Below are positions 10,534-21,032 of a stretch of 64,000 nucleotides of DNA, one piece after another (position 1 is the first letter of the stretch; each line of letters begins with the position of its first letter). Source of the stretch: Chloroflexota bacterium (GTDB taxonomy: Bacteria > Chloroflexota > Chloroflexia > Chloroheliales > Chloroheliaceae); assembly GCA_028287745.1 (NCBI GenBank), contig JAQBPB010000014.1, positions 39,176-103,175 of the forward strand. The letters run 5' to 3'. Below the pieces are notes generated by a model. The model was not told the DNA's origin, searched no databases, and saw only the letters and a list, made by a program, of their open reading frames with translations. Made by a program: the position numbers and the translations under genes.

Positions 10534-11463
10534 TTACCCGGCCGGAGAATCCTTTTCAACCGGAAAGCCCGGCGCGGTACCCCACTCTTCCCAGGAGGCG
10601 TCATAGAGAGCTAGATTCCTGAACCCGGCCAGGTAGAGCGAAAACAGGCCCAGTGAGGCCGAGATACCGACCCCGCAATAGGTAATAATCCGGTGATCTG
10701 GTTCTATCCCGTTATCCAGTGCCTTTTGCCGGAGCAGGGGCGCGGGTAGATAGGTCCAATCGGCCGGGTCCAAATTCGTAGACGAGGTTATATTGACCGC
10801 GCCCGGAATATGCCCGGCCCGCATCGGTTTCCGGGCGCCTATCTCTATCTGGCTGGCTTCCTCAGATAGGTAGCGGCTACCGGGCGGCGTCCAGACGGCT
10901 TTCCCGGCGAACTGTTCGGGTGGCCGGGTATCTACCAGGCGGGTCCGGGAGTCTGACCGGTTGATGGAGTGCTGTATCTCGTCAGCCGTAGCCCGCCAGC
11001 CAGGCTGCACCTTGCAGGTAAAAGGAGGGCCGGGAACGGGGGTAGGGTTTTCAACTTCAACCGGCCGGTTTTCGGACTGCCATTTCGTCCAGCCGCCATT
11101 TAAAACCGCCACCTGCTCGTGCCCGTAATACTTAAGAGCCCACCACAGGCGCGTGGAACCCGAGTAATCGTAGTCGCTGTACACAACAATCCGGCTGGTG
11201 TTTTCGATCCCGGCGCGGCTCATGACCGCCCCAAACCGGTCAGGCGGCAGCAGCATATAACGCAGCCCGGCCTGGTCGGTCCAGGCGATATCCAGTTCCC
11301 AATCCAGGTGAACCGCCCCGGGGATGTGCCCGGCCCGGTACAGGTCCTGGCTGGAAGTGCCGTCACCGCGCCAGCGGGCATCAATAATTTTCAGGTCTGG
11401 GTTATCAATATGGTCGGCCAGCCAGTCCGTTTCTACTAGCGGCCGTTCTAAAAAGTCTATCAT
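10534..11463 (-). CDS. Tandem-domain rhodanese sulfurtransferase (SseA/MPST-like)
   Basis: YRAGHIPGAVHLD, VAVLNGGWTKW, active-site loop TYCGVGISA and YDASWEEW. Confidence 0.94.
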   Translation of the reverse strand: MIDFLERPLVETDWLADHIDNPDLKIIDARWRGDGTSSQDLYRAGHIPGAVHLDWELDIAWTDQAGLRYMLLPPDRFGAVMSRAGIENTSRIVVYSDYDYSGSTRLWWALKYYGHEQVAVLNGGWTKWQSENRPVEVENPTPVPGPPFTCKVQPGWRATADEIQHSINRSDSRTRLVDTRPPEQFAGKAVWTPPGSRYLSEEASQIEIGARKPMRAGHIPGAVNITSSTNLDPADWTYLPAPLLRQKALDNGIEPDHRIITYCGVGISASLGLFSLYLAGFRNLALYDASWEEWGTAPGFPVEKDSPAG

Positions 11464-11861
11464 CAGGTACTTTCCGGCTTTGTTGCTTATTATTGTCTAA
11501 GTTATTGGGACAGTCTAAATTTGTAAAAGTTATCCCTTCTGGCAGTGCTACCATGCGATAACTACCGCCGGACCGCAGGCCATTATACCTGAATTAGCAA
11601 GCAACACAGCTAACCATCAGGTCCAGCTGGCCGCCAACTGGCCGCAAAGTAATGATACGGGATAATATATGCAAAATAAATCCTTTTCGCACTTGCAAAC
11701 AGTTGCAAAAGTCTGGACTTGGAGTTACAATTACAAAAGTAAAATCCATACAGCACTTTGTTTGCTTTCTGCTTCACTTCAAAAGTCGCCGGGTCCCACC
11801 ACAATTATAACGTTCAATTTTAGAGCTGCTCAGATATTGCTTCGATAGGGAGAATTTAGTA

Positions 11862-13151
11862 ATGCATATACCTGATGGTTATTTAAGTCCGATTGTTTCG
11901 TTAGGCGCAGGAGCTGTAACCATACCGGTCTGGGCAATTGCCAGCCATAAGGTTAAATCCGTCCTCAATAACCGGACAGTGCCGTTACTGGCAATTTTCT
12001 CTGCTTTTGTCTTTACCATTATGATGTTTAACATCCCGGTCCCCGGTGGGACGACCGCGCACGCGGTAGGCGGCACTTTGATTGCCGTGGTGCTGGGGCC
12101 GTGGGCGGCCGTGCTGGGGGTCAGTATGGCTTTGATTTTACAGGCTCTGTTTTTTGGCGATGGCGGTGTCCTGGCTATCTTTATTAACTGCCTGAATATT
12201 GGCGTGGTCCTGCCATTCGTGGGTTACTATACCTACCGTCTGTTGGCGGGTCGTTCCCCTTTACTGTCTGGGCGGCGGGTCTGGGCGGCCGGTATCGCGG
12301 CTTTTATGGGAATTACGGCGGCCGGGCTGTTAGTCGGGCTTCAACTTGGCCTGCAACCCCTGTTATTTAGCGAAAACGGCTATGCTCTCTACAGTCCCTA
12401 CGGTCTGGGTGAAGCACTCCCGGCTATGCTTATTTCGCATGTCCTGGGCGCCTCTATTGTCGAGGGATTTGTTACAGCCCTGGGGGTAGCCTACTTGCAG
12501 AAAAACCACCCTGAGTACCTGACCACTTTGAAAAGTATGGTAAGCGGCTCCAACGTACCGGAGGGTCAGGCCACCCGGCGGCCGCTCTGGCAAACCGGCC
12601 TCATTTCCGGTTCAGTCGCTTTAGTGGTCCTGCTGGCCCTGGGCTTAATTTCCGGCGGCGGCGACCCGGCTAAATTATTCGGGACCGATTGGACGACTGT
12701 CCGCTGGAGTGACGTCGGCATAATGATGTTGATTGTAGCCATTATTTTCGCTATCCTGGTGCCGCTGACCTGGTTAATACTCCCGGCCCGGATTAAGAAA
12801 GTCGGTACATATTTTATGGCGGTAGCTGTAATCGCTCCCCTGGGCCTGATTACGCCCGGGTTTGCCTATGGCGAAGGCAGCGCCGCGGATGTCCAGCAGG
12901 CTTTTGGCTATGTCCCGAAAGGTTTGCACGCCTTCTCCAGCTTCTTTAGCGCGCCATTTGCGGATTATAATATACCTCTACCATTTTTCAATGGGAGCGA
13001 GGCGCACCTCTGGCAGCAAGCGGTAGGTTATGAAATTACCGGCATAATTGGTATTCTGCTGGTAGGGGCAATCGCCTATGGGCTGGCCCTGTTAATCGGT
13101 AAGACCAAAAAGGGGCCGGGCGATAATACAATCCGGGAGGCCCAGGTTTAG
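11862..13151 (+). CDS. cbiM: Ni/Co ECF transporter substrate component (NikM/CbiM) fused to an N-type/PDGLE-like domain
   Basis: N-terminal MHIPDG signature, GTTAHAVG and a C-terminal SAPFADY segment. Confidence 0.92.
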   Translation: MHIPDGYLSPIVSLGAGAVTIPVWAIASHKVKSVLNNRTVPLLAIFSAFVFTIMMFNIPVPGGTTAHAVGGTLIAVVLGPWAAVLGVSMALILQALFFGDGGVLAIFINCLNIGVVLPFVGYYTYRLLAGRSPLLSGRRVWAAGIAAFMGITAAGLLVGLQLGLQPLLFSENGYALYSPYGLGEALPAMLISHVLGASIVEGFVTALGVAYLQKNHPEYLTTLKSMVSGSNVPEGQATRRPLWQTGLISGSVALVVLLALGLISGGGDPAKLFGTDWTTVRWSDVGIMMLIVAIIFAILVPLTWLILPARIKKVGTYFMAVAVIAPLGLITPGFAYGEGSAADVQQAFGYVPKGLHAFSSFFSAPFADYNIPLPFFNGSEAHLWQQAVGYEITGIIGILLVGAIAYGLALLIGKTKKGPGDNTIREAQV

Positions 13152-14032
13152 TGAGCAGTTCAGCCCGGCTGGGACGATCACCCGCCCGTAAAAAACAGAA
13201 GCAAAGCCTGGGTTGGTTGGAAAAAACCCTGGCCGGGATAACCAGCTCGATTGCCCAGGCGGTCTTTACCGAGGAACACTCGCGTAAGGCCGGGTGGCTT
13301 CAGCAACTCGACCCCCGGGCCAAACTGGGAATGTTCCTGGCGATGGTCCTGGCGGGGAGCTTTACCGGTTCTTTTCCGGTCCTGGTGGGGCTCTATCTGG
13401 TTACTTTACTGGCGGCTCGTCTCAGCCAGGTGCCGTTTGACTTCTTCGTCAAGCGTGTCTGGTTGGGCATCCCCTTTTTTGCCGGTATTGTCGTAGTACC
13501 CTCCATCTTTTTTACGCCGGGTGAGCGGCCGCTTTCATTTACAGTGGGGTCCTTGATTATTGGCCCATCCATACCGGGCCTGATCGGGGCCTCTATTTTT
13601 ATTTCCCGCGTGGCGGTCAGTGTCTCGCTGGCGGTCCTGCTGGTGGTGACCACGCCCTGGGCCGATTTGCTCAAGAGCTTGCAAGCCCTACACGTACCCC
13701 AGGTTTTCATTTTGCTGCTGTCCATGACCTACCGCTATATTTTCCTGTTCTTGCGCTCGGCGGTCGATATGTTCGAAGCCCGCAAGAGTCGGATGGTGGG
13801 TTGGACCAGCGGCAAAGAGCAGCGTAAATGGATCGCAGGCTCGGTTGGCAACCTGATGAACCGCTCCTTTAAAATGAGCAACGATGTCTATTCGGCGATG
13901 CTGGCGCGGGGCTTTACCGGGGAGACGCGCTCCTTTAATACCTTTCGTATGGAGGGCCGGGATTGGACCGCCCTATTTTTAACAATCGGGGTCGCTGCGG
14001 CGGCGGTATTTGTCCAGAGGTTTATTCGATGA
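13151..14032 (+). CDS. cbiQ: Ni/Co ECF transporter T component
   Basis: LQQLDPRAKL, MTYRYIFL and AMLARGF; overlaps the cbiM stop codon. Confidence 0.92.
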   Translation: MSSSARLGRSPARKKQKQSLGWLEKTLAGITSSIAQAVFTEEHSRKAGWLQQLDPRAKLGMFLAMVLAGSFTGSFPVLVGLYLVTLLAARLSQVPFDFFVKRVWLGIPFFAGIVVVPSIFFTPGERPLSFTVGSLIIGPSIPGLIGASIFISRVAVSVSLAVLLVVTTPWADLLKSLQALHVPQVFILLLSMTYRYIFLFLRSAVDMFEARKSRMVGWTSGKEQRKWIAGSVGNLMNRSFKMSNDVYSAMLARGFTGETRSFNTFRMEGRDWTALFLTIGVAAAAVFVQRFIR

Positions 14033-14832
14033 GTTCCGATTTTTCAGCTAACCGGACCGAGCCGGTATTTCAATTAAAGGGCGTGCGCTACCTTTATAAC
14101 GGGCGGCAAATAGCGCTGGACGGCATTGACCTGGAAGTGGGCCGGGGTGAGCAACTCGCCCTGCTGGGAGCCAACGGCAGCGGCAAATCGACTCTGCTAA
14201 AACTGCTGGACGGTATTTTTGGCCCAAACAGCGGCACAATGCGGGCCCTGGGCCGGGATATCGCGGCGGTCGCTTCCGGCCTGGACTCTTTCCGGTTTCA
14301 CCGCGAGGTGGGCCTGGTCTTTCAGGACCCGGATGTCCAACTGTTCAGCGCCACCGTTTTTGACGATGTCGCTTTTGGACCGCTGCAACTGGGTTTGTCT
14401 CAGGCCGAAGTCCGCCAGCGCTGCGACGAAGCGCTCGAAATAATGGAAATCACCCACCTGGCCCGGCGCGCTCCCTTTGAATTGTCCGGCGGTGAAAAGA
14501 AAAGGGCCGCGATTGCTTCGGTCCTATCCTTGGGGCCGGAAGTTATTCTGCTGGACGAGCCGACCGCCGCGCTGGACCCACGCAGCAAGTGGCTGCTGGT
14601 CAGCCTGATTCAGAAGCTGGGACAGGCCGGTAAGACTATCATCACGGCCACCCATGAGCTGGAAATCGTCCCGCTGATCGCCTCACGCGTAATTGTCCTG
14701 GGCGAAAACCGCCAGGTTCTGGCCGACGGTCCGGCCCGCCAGGTCCTCGAAGACACTGACCTGCTGGTGAAGGCGAACCTTATTCATCCCGAGTTGCATT
14801 ACCTGGGCCATTTTCAACCCTCTATGGGCTAA
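14029..14832 (+). CDS. cbiO: Ni/Co ECF transporter ATPase
   Basis: GANGSGKS, VFQDPDVQLF, LSGGEKKR and LLDEPT. Start moved to ATG 14029, which makes an ATGA overlap with the cbiQ stop. Confidence 0.92.
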   Translation: MSSDFSANRTEPVFQLKGVRYLYNGRQIALDGIDLEVGRGEQLALLGANGSGKSTLLKLLDGIFGPNSGTMRALGRDIAAVASGLDSFRFHREVGLVFQDPDVQLFSATVFDDVAFGPLQLGLSQAEVRQRCDEALEIMEITHLARRAPFELSGGEKKRAAIASVLSLGPEVILLDEPTAALDPRSKWLLVSLIQKLGQAGKTIITATHELEIVPLIASRVIVLGENRQVLADGPARQVLEDTDLLVKANLIHPELHYLGHFQPSMG

Positions 14833-14866
14833 ACTGCTGCACCCCAGCAAGAAAAGATAAGCCGCA

Positions 14867-15130
14867 ATGGATACCTTTCTAAATTTAATCCTGGCCCTGG
14901 GCTATATCCTGGCAGTACCCGCCCTATTTATAATCATTCCGGGGTTCCGAAAGACAAGCCGGTCTAAACCTTCCGGCCTGGTAATGGCGGCGGAAGTGCT
15001 TGGCACCGGCTTGATTGTAATCGGTTGGTTGGGACTGGGTAACTATATGGCCGTCCTGATCAACGCCACCTGGTTGGTTTTCATCAGCGTTTACTGGTGG
15101 CGCAGGCAGTCGGGTGAAAAAGCGGATTAG
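14867..15130 (+). CDS. Small membrane protein (87 aa, about 3 TM)
   Basis: Three hydrophobic segments; 34 nt after cbiO on the same strand. Confidence 0.7.
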   Translation: MDTFLNLILALGYILAVPALFIIIPGFRKTSRSKPSGLVMAAEVLGTGLIVIGWLGLGNYMAVLINATWLVFISVYWWRRQSGEKAD

Positions 15131-15132
15131 TC

Positions 15133-15930
15133 CTAGCGCGGGCGCTTGACCTCAAGTTTGCTGCTGATTAAGGACAGAATGTAGCAGACCACGAAATAAA
15201 TCATCCCCACGATAAACATTGTTTCCAAAATATTGCCGTTGAACTGGTAAAGCTGCTGGCCCTTGCGGGTGAGTTCCTGCAGGGCAATAATCGCGGCTAA
15301 TGAGGTATCTTTGGTCAGGGTGATAAGCTGGCTGACAATCGAAGGCACCATGCGGCGCAGTGCCTGGGGCATTACGATCAAATAAAGAGTCTGGTAAGGC
15401 CGCAGTCCCAGCGAATAAGCCGCTTCAAGCTGGCCTTTTTCCACCGATAAGATACCGGCCCGGACCACTTCGGCCAGGATTGCGCTGGTGTAAATCGTCA
15501 GCCCGATAACCGCGAACCAGATGGCATCCAGCTTGACTCCAATTTTGGGCAGCCCGATAAACGCATAAAAGATAATCAGGTAGGAAGGCAGCGCCCGGAC
15601 TACTTCGATGAATACCACCGAGGGAACCGAGATAATCGGGTTGTTGGACAGGCGTCCCAGGGCCAGGATTACCCCGAATATCATGCTTAAAATAACCGAA
15701 TAAAAGGCTACTTGCAGGGTTACCCAGAGGCCGTCCAGTAAAAAGGTCCAGGTGGACCAGATGGAAAATGGCTGCCAGTTACCGTTGGTAGCCGCCGGTA
15801 CAAGTACAAACAGCACTACCAGGGCCAGTACGCCCCAGCCAATAATATTAAAGAGGTTCTTATAGTTAAAGTAGTCCTGGAGGCGCCGCTGGTATCCAAC
15901 CATGCTGCCGGTGGTGTTTTGCACTGCCAT
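15133..15930 (-). CDS. Polar amino-acid ABC transporter permease
   Basis: EVVRAGILSVEKGQLEAAYSLG (EAA motif) and LTKDTSL. Confidence 0.94.
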   Translation of the reverse strand: MAVQNTTGSMVGYQRRLQDYFNYKNLFNIIGWGVLALVVLFVLVPAATNGNWQPFSIWSTWTFLLDGLWVTLQVAFYSVILSMIFGVILALGRLSNNPIISVPSVVFIEVVRALPSYLIIFYAFIGLPKIGVKLDAIWFAVIGLTIYTSAILAEVVRAGILSVEKGQLEAAYSLGLRPYQTLYLIVMPQALRRMVPSIVSQLITLTKDTSLAAIIALQELTRKGQQLYQFNGNILETMFIVGMIYFVVCYILSLISSKLEVKRPR

Positions 15931-15934
15931 TAGC

Positions 15935-16639
15935 TTACCTTGCTCCTCTCAGGTTTAACCGGATTGCGCGCAATGGGTTCAATTTCTTTTCCAGGTAACT
16001 TACCAGCCAGCCCAGCGGCAAAGTTAAAACCAGGTAGAAAATAATAACCGCTGTAAAGACCTCGAACGTCCGGAAGGTCCGGTTATTGACCTGGCTGGCG
16101 TTGTACATCAGTTCGGCCAGACCGATAGCGGTCAGGACGGCTGAGTTTTTAACCAGCGCGATAAGCAGGTTGCCAAGGGGTGGTATAACCAACCGGACTG
16201 CCTGTGGAATAATAACCAGGCGCAGGGTTTGCATCATCGAGAGGCCCAGCGAACGGGCTGCCTCGGTCTGGCCGGGCGCTATTGCCAGCAAACCGGAACG
16301 GATTGTTTCTGCCACATAAGCCCCGGTATAGAGGGCCAGAGCCATGGTACCAACTACAAAAGACTGGTTAAATTCCAGCCCGAATACCTGGAACTGCAAC
16401 CTTAGCCCCAATTTTGGCAGGCCAAAATAGAGCGCCAGGGCTTGTACCAGGAAAGGGGTATTGCGGAAAAATTCAGTATAGACAATCGCCAGAACTTTAA
16501 GCCCGCCACTGGGTGTAACCCGCAAGACTGCTACAACAATACCAATAATTAACGATAAAATGGCGGCAAAAATTGAGATATAAATTGTAGTGAGAAACCC
16601 GCTGAGAAATAAATCCCCATTCTCAAATATTACATCCAT
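15935..16639 (-). CDS. Polar amino-acid ABC transporter permease
   Basis: EFFRNTPFLVQ and ETIRSGLLAIAPGQTEAARSLG. Confidence 0.94.
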   Translation of the reverse strand: MDVIFENGDLFLSGFLTTIYISIFAAILSLIIGIVVAVLRVTPSGGLKVLAIVYTEFFRNTPFLVQALALYFGLPKLGLRLQFQVFGLEFNQSFVVGTMALALYTGAYVAETIRSGLLAIAPGQTEAARSLGLSMMQTLRLVIIPQAVRLVIPPLGNLLIALVKNSAVLTAIGLAELMYNASQVNNRTFRTFEVFTAVIIFYLVLTLPLGWLVSYLEKKLNPLRAIRLNLRGAR

Positions 16640-16730
16640 CGCTTGTCTACACCTTTTTTAAGTCCAGGATACTACTAAACCAATAAAAGGCGCAGTCCCG
16701 GGTAGGGGACTACGCCCTGCGCTTAAACTG

Positions 16731-17678
16731 CTATTTAGGCGGTTCAGCCGAAGTGCCGCTGGCCGGCTTGATGTTCTTGTCGTAGATGGCTTTCCAGCGT
16801 CCGTCCGCTTTCATCGCCTGGAGAGTACCGTTGACGAAGCTATAGAGTTCGGGGCGGCCCTTTTTCATGCCGATACCGTAAGGCTCCTGGGTGAACTGGC
16901 CGCCTACCACTTCGAATTTGTCGGGGGCGCGCAATTTCAGGCCGAACAGAATTACGTCATCAGTTGAAACAGCATCTACCTGGCCGTTTTCAAGGGCGGT
17001 GTAGCATTCAGCGTAACCGGCAAAGAGGGTCAGTTTGGCCGTAGGCGCTTTCTCTTTGATGTTTTTCTCGCTGGTGCTGCCCTGGGCGGAACATACATTC
17101 TTGCCTCCCAGGTCGTTAACGCTCTTGATCGGGCTGCCCTTGGCGACCAGTAACGACTGACCGGCATTATAATAAGTGTCGGTGAAGTCAATTTGCTTCT
17201 TGCGGTCTTCGTTGATGGTCATAGTGGCGATTATCAGGTCAACTTTGTCTTCTTGCAAGAACGGGATGCGGTTGGCTGAAACGGCCTCCACAAACTCAAC
17301 TTTGGTCGCGTCGCCCAGCAGGGCTTTGGCAAACTCTCTAGCGAAATCGGCATCAAACCCGTCTACCTGATTGGTGGCCGGATTTTTGAGACCGAAGGTC
17401 GGTTGGTCGAACTTAACGCCAACGATCAGCTTACCGCGCTGCTTGATGGTATCAAGGTAACCGCCACTGGTCGGGACGGGTCCACTTGCCGCAGCCGCAG
17501 TAGTAGCTGCTCCGGCCGCTGCAGTAGTGGCTGCTCCAGCAGCGGCGGTGGTAGCCGCAGCTGCAGTAGTTGCGGCCGGGGCGGCCGTATTAGTGTTGTC
17601 ACCGCAAGCGCTTAAAAATAAAGCTGCAAACAGGCTGACTATCACTAATAGAGCTGATGAGCGAAATCTCTTCTCCAT
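16731..17678 (-). CDS. Glu/Asp-type ABC substrate-binding lipoprotein with an Ala/Thr-rich linker
   Basis: Lipobox FLSAC, TTAAA repeats, RGKLIVGVKFDQPTFG, TMTINEDRKKQIDF and EPYGIG. Confidence 0.93.
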   Translation of the reverse strand: MEKRFRSSALLVIVSLFAALFLSACGDNTNTAAPAATTAAAATTAAAGAATTAAAGAATTAAAASGPVPTSGGYLDTIKQRGKLIVGVKFDQPTFGLKNPATNQVDGFDADFAREFAKALLGDATKVEFVEAVSANRIPFLQEDKVDLIIATMTINEDRKKQIDFTDTYYNAGQSLLVAKGSPIKSVNDLGGKNVCSAQGSTSEKNIKEKAPTAKLTLFAGYAECYTALENGQVDAVSTDDVILFGLKLRAPDKFEVVGGQFTQEPYGIGMKKGRPELYSFVNGTLQAMKADGRWKAIYDKNIKPASGTSAEPPK

Positions 17679-17710
17679 TACGTATTCTCCTTATCGTAAT
17701 AAAAAGTAAC

Positions 17711-18448
17711 TTAGTGTTTCAGAATCTTACTGAGAAAGAGCTTGGTCCGCTCTTCCCGGGGATTGGCGAAGAACTCTTGCGGATTTCCTTCTTCGACAAT
17801 ATTGCCTTCATCCATGAAGATTACCCGTGTGCCTACTTCACGCGCAAAGCCCATTTCGTGGGTTACGGTTACCATAGTCATACCTGAACGGGCCAGGTCA
17901 CGCATAACATTCAGGACTTCCTGAATCATTTCAGGGTCAAGGGCTGAGGTGGGTTCGTCAAAAAGCATGATCTTAGGGCTCATGCACAGCGCCCGGGCAA
18001 TGGCTACCCGCTGCTGCTGGCCGCCTGAAAGTTGCGCCGGGTAAGCTTCCGCTTTTTCTCCGATGCCGACCCGCTCCAGGAGGGCCCGGGCGGTTTTCCC
18101 GGCCTCGGTTTTGTTCATCTTGCGGACTTTCATGGGCGCCAACATCAGGTTTTGCAGGACAGTCATGTGAGGGAAAAGGTTGAACTGCTGGAAAACCATA
18201 CCAGTCTCCATGCGAACCTTGTTAATATTCGCCCGGGGAGAGGCCGTATCAATCCCATTAACTAAAAGGTTGCCTCGATCCACATTTTCCAGGTGGTTAA
18301 TACAGCGCAGGAAAGTACTTTTCCCGCTGCCGCTGGGACCGCAAACTACCACAACTTCTCCTTCGGAGATTGTGCAGTTGATACCTTTTAATACATGGTT
18401 TTTACCGAAGAATTTATGAACATCCTTAAATTCAATAACAGGGGTCAA
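17711..18448 (-). CDS. Polar amino-acid ABC transporter ATPase (GlnQ-like)
   Basis: [35 protein letters not shown] and VTHEMGFA. Confidence 0.95.
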   Translation of the reverse strand: MTPVIEFKDVHKFFGKNHVLKGINCTISEGEVVVVCGPSGSGKSTFLRCINHLENVDRGNLLVNGIDTASPRANINKVRMETGMVFQQFNLFPHMTVLQNLMLAPMKVRKMNKTEAGKTARALLERVGIGEKAEAYPAQLSGGQQQRVAIARALCMSPKIMLFDEPTSALDPEMIQEVLNVMRDLARSGMTMVTVTHEMGFAREVGTRVIFMDEGNIVEEGNPQEFFANPREERTKLFLSKILKH

Positions 18449-18602
18449 AATAATACCTCTTATACTGGATAAATTCTAGATGCTGCTATTTTGCTGGGGC
18501 TGTAAGAGAACCGACTTTTATTTCCTGCTCGCCCGCGTTGGCTAAGAAGACATGCCTGCAGTATACATCAGAGTTCGTTAAATATCAAAATAACTAAGGA
18601 GA

Positions 18603-18950
18603 TTAGTCAACTTTGACCAGGAGAAATTCACCTTCAATTAAGACCGGGTAAGTCGGCAGGCAGACCGGGACCCCAGGGGAAATATTCTCGCCGGTCCGCA
18701 CATTAAACTGCCAGCGGTGCAGGTAGCAGCGGACCAGTTCGCCTTTCATATCCCCGGCCCAGAGCGGCCAGCCCTGGTGGGGGCAATTCGCCGCGAAAGC
18801 ATAATAATTGCCACTGACGTTCGCCAGCGAGAGCTTGACCGTACCGGCGGTCGCCTCGCGCACCTGACCGGGCCTGATTTCTTTTAAGCGGGCCACCCGG
18901 GTATAACCATCCTGCCGGACCGGTTCTTTATCTTTACTAAAAAGGGCCAT
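18603..18950 (-). CDS. Rieske [2Fe-2S] ferredoxin
   Basis: CPHQG...CYLH Rieske ligands. Confidence 0.9.
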   Translation of the reverse strand: MALFSKDKEPVRQDGYTRVARLKEIRPGQVREATAGTVKLSLANVSGNYYAFAANCPHQGWPLWAGDMKGELVRCYLHRWQFNVRTGENISPGVPVCLPTYPVLIEGEFLLVKVD

Positions 18951-19134
18951 AAAAATTAATCAACATAGTAAAAAGGTCAACGGATATACCGCAGTCCGTT
19001 AGATAAAACTGGTAATATTAGTAAGTTTTGCATGTCTTTAAATACCGCTGTTCCCGGTTAAACCGGCTATTTTGTAACAACTTAACGGCTTACGCCAGGA
19101 TCGAATTCCGTTAACCGTTCAACATTAGCCCCTG

Positions 19135-19671
19135 TTAAACCGGTTTTGGCGGCCAGCTAACCGGCTCGTAATCCGGCCGGTTATATTCCGGATAGGCCCA
19201 GTAATGGCGGGGTAACTTTTCTTTACCGTGATAAAGATAGTTCACCAGCGGCTCGCCCAGGCTGGGCTGGACCAATAAGGCCGGGACTTCTTTAAACGGC
19301 ACCCAGCGCACCGCCCGGACAGCCAGGTCGGACCCGGCGGTTACTTCCGGCACCCGGCTGACTTCTTCCAGCAGGGCCAACTCAAAGACACAGGTTACAA
19401 AATGCCGCCGGTCCTGGTCGGTCTTGGCATCAATTACGAATAGCAGGTCACCCGCCCGGACGGCCAGGCCGGTTTCTTCTAAAACTTCTCTTACCACGGC
19501 TTCCGGGTGTTGTTCGCCCGGTTCCAGGCGCCCGCCCGGCAGCGACCAGCTAAGTTCCGGCCTGCCGTAGTCATTACCCACCAGCAAAACCTGGCCCTGG
19601 AAAGTTAATATCCCCTGGGCGACATTATAATTGACCCATTCTCCCGGTGGCGGTGTAATAAATGATGTCAT
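19135..19671 (-). CDS. Nudix hydrolase
   Basis: Nudix box GGRLEPGEQHPEAVVREVLEETG. Confidence 0.93.
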   Translation of the reverse strand: MTSFITPPPGEWVNYNVAQGILTFQGQVLLVGNDYGRPELSWSLPGGRLEPGEQHPEAVVREVLEETGLAVRAGDLLFVIDAKTDQDRRHFVTCVFELALLEEVSRVPEVTAGSDLAVRAVRWVPFKEVPALLVQPSLGEPLVNYLYHGKEKLPRHYWAYPEYNRPDYEPVSWPPKPV

Positions 19672-20738
19672 TGGGGCAGTCCCAGTTCTTGCCGGACCTG
19701 GTCTCGCTGTCGGGCCAGGCGCGGCGTCAGCTCGGCATACACATTATTAAAGAAACCGTCCGGTGAGGGAGCCGGGTAGTCAAAGGCTTTCTGGACCTGA
19801 CCGGTTAAGTAGGCTTCGACCTCCTGCACCAGGGACATATCCCCTTTTTCATCCAGGTAGCCGCCGTCAAACAAAAAGCGCCGGAAGCGTTTGAGCGGGT
19901 CTCTGGCTTCCCACAGGCTCAAATTTTCGGGTGGGCAGTAGCGGGTTGGATCGTCGGCGGTACTGTGGGCCGCCTGGCGGTGGGTGATTGCTTCGACCAG
20001 GGTCGGGCCGCCGCCACTGCGCGCCCGGTCTACCGCTTCTCGCATCACGGCATGGACCGCCAGAATATCGTTACCATCAACCAGCCGGGCCGGGACTCCA
20101 AAGCCTACACCACGCTGGGCCAGGTGTTTCGCGGCGTATTGTTTGTGACTTGGTACGCTTATGGCCCAGCCATTATTGACCACTACCATTACCAGGGGTG
20201 ATTGAAAGACCCCGGCAAAGTTCAAAGCTTCGCTAAAATCGCCTTCGCTGGTTGCGCCATCCCCACAGGTGCCGACTACCACCGAATCTTCTTTCTTTAT
20301 TTTGGCGGCCATTGCCAGTCCGGCTGAATGCAGGGTCTGAGTGCCAATTACGATAGTAAAAGGCAGGCAGCGCACATCAGGCCCGGCCAGTTCCGGCGGG
20401 GGTGGAAAACCCCGGCAAAAGTAGGCTATTGCGGCCGGGGTAACCCCTTTTAACAAATAGCCGCCCATCTCACGGGGCGAGGCGGTCAGCCAGTCCTGGG
20501 CCAACAAAGGAGTCGCCAGGCCGACCGCAATCGCTTCCTGGCCGTTGGAAGGAATCCAGGTAGTCGCCCGGCCCTGGCGTTGGAGCGCCACCAGCTTATT
20601 GGAGAAAAGCCGGGTTAGCCACATAGTCCGGTACCACTCAAGCAGCCGGGCCGGTTCTAGACCTTCCGGCAGCGGGCCGGTCACCTGTCCATCCTGATTC
20701 AATATCTGGTAAGGTTGTTCGAATTCTTGGTTTCGCAT
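19668..20738 (-). CDS. pdhA: 2-oxoacid dehydrogenase E1 alpha subunit (PdhA/BkdA type)
   Basis: LQRQGR, ThDP motif GDGATSEGDF...VVNNGWAIS and HSTADDPTRY. Confidence 0.9.
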   Translation of the reverse strand: MRNQEFEQPYQILNQDGQVTGPLPEGLEPARLLEWYRTMWLTRLFSNKLVALQRQGRATTWIPSNGQEAIAVGLATPLLAQDWLTASPREMGGYLLKGVTPAAIAYFCRGFPPPPELAGPDVRCLPFTIVIGTQTLHSAGLAMAAKIKKEDSVVVGTCGDGATSEGDFSEALNFAGVFQSPLVMVVVNNGWAISVPSHKQYAAKHLAQRGVGFGVPARLVDGNDILAVHAVMREAVDRARSGGGPTLVEAITHRQAAHSTADDPTRYCPPENLSLWEARDPLKRFRRFLFDGGYLDEKGDMSLVQEVEAYLTGQVQKAFDYPAPSPDGFFNNVYAELTPRLARQRDQVRQELGLPQ

Positions 20739-21032
20739 GAGTCCTTATTTCATAAAGTTTATTAAAAAACCTTTACTACCAAACTCTCCACAGTATATCA
20801 TCTAGCCATTGACCCATCAAAATTCAGCTCCTTAGTTGGAATTATCAAAATGTTAACTTAATAAAGTTAAATCTTAATGCTTTTCTTACCTGTTGAGGCA
20901 TACTCCTTGCTCCTATACAAAGAAGGTGCAATTTAATTTGGAAATACTTCCCGGTTGGAAGTGAGAGTCCCGGAACAAACCGGCTTTTTGGCTGGTATGG
21001 GACCGTAGAGCAACAAGAAGGAGCAAGAAAAA

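Noticed and set aside
11600-11861. NiCo or cobalamin riboswitch upstream of cbiM
   Set aside because: CTGAGCAG and GTGGGAC fragments occur only on the wrong (minus) strand and lack the four-way junction. No cobalamin B12-box was seen.
17480-17590. Tandem DNA repeat as a separate element
   Set aside because: Explained by the coding TTAAA linker of the ABC lipoprotein.
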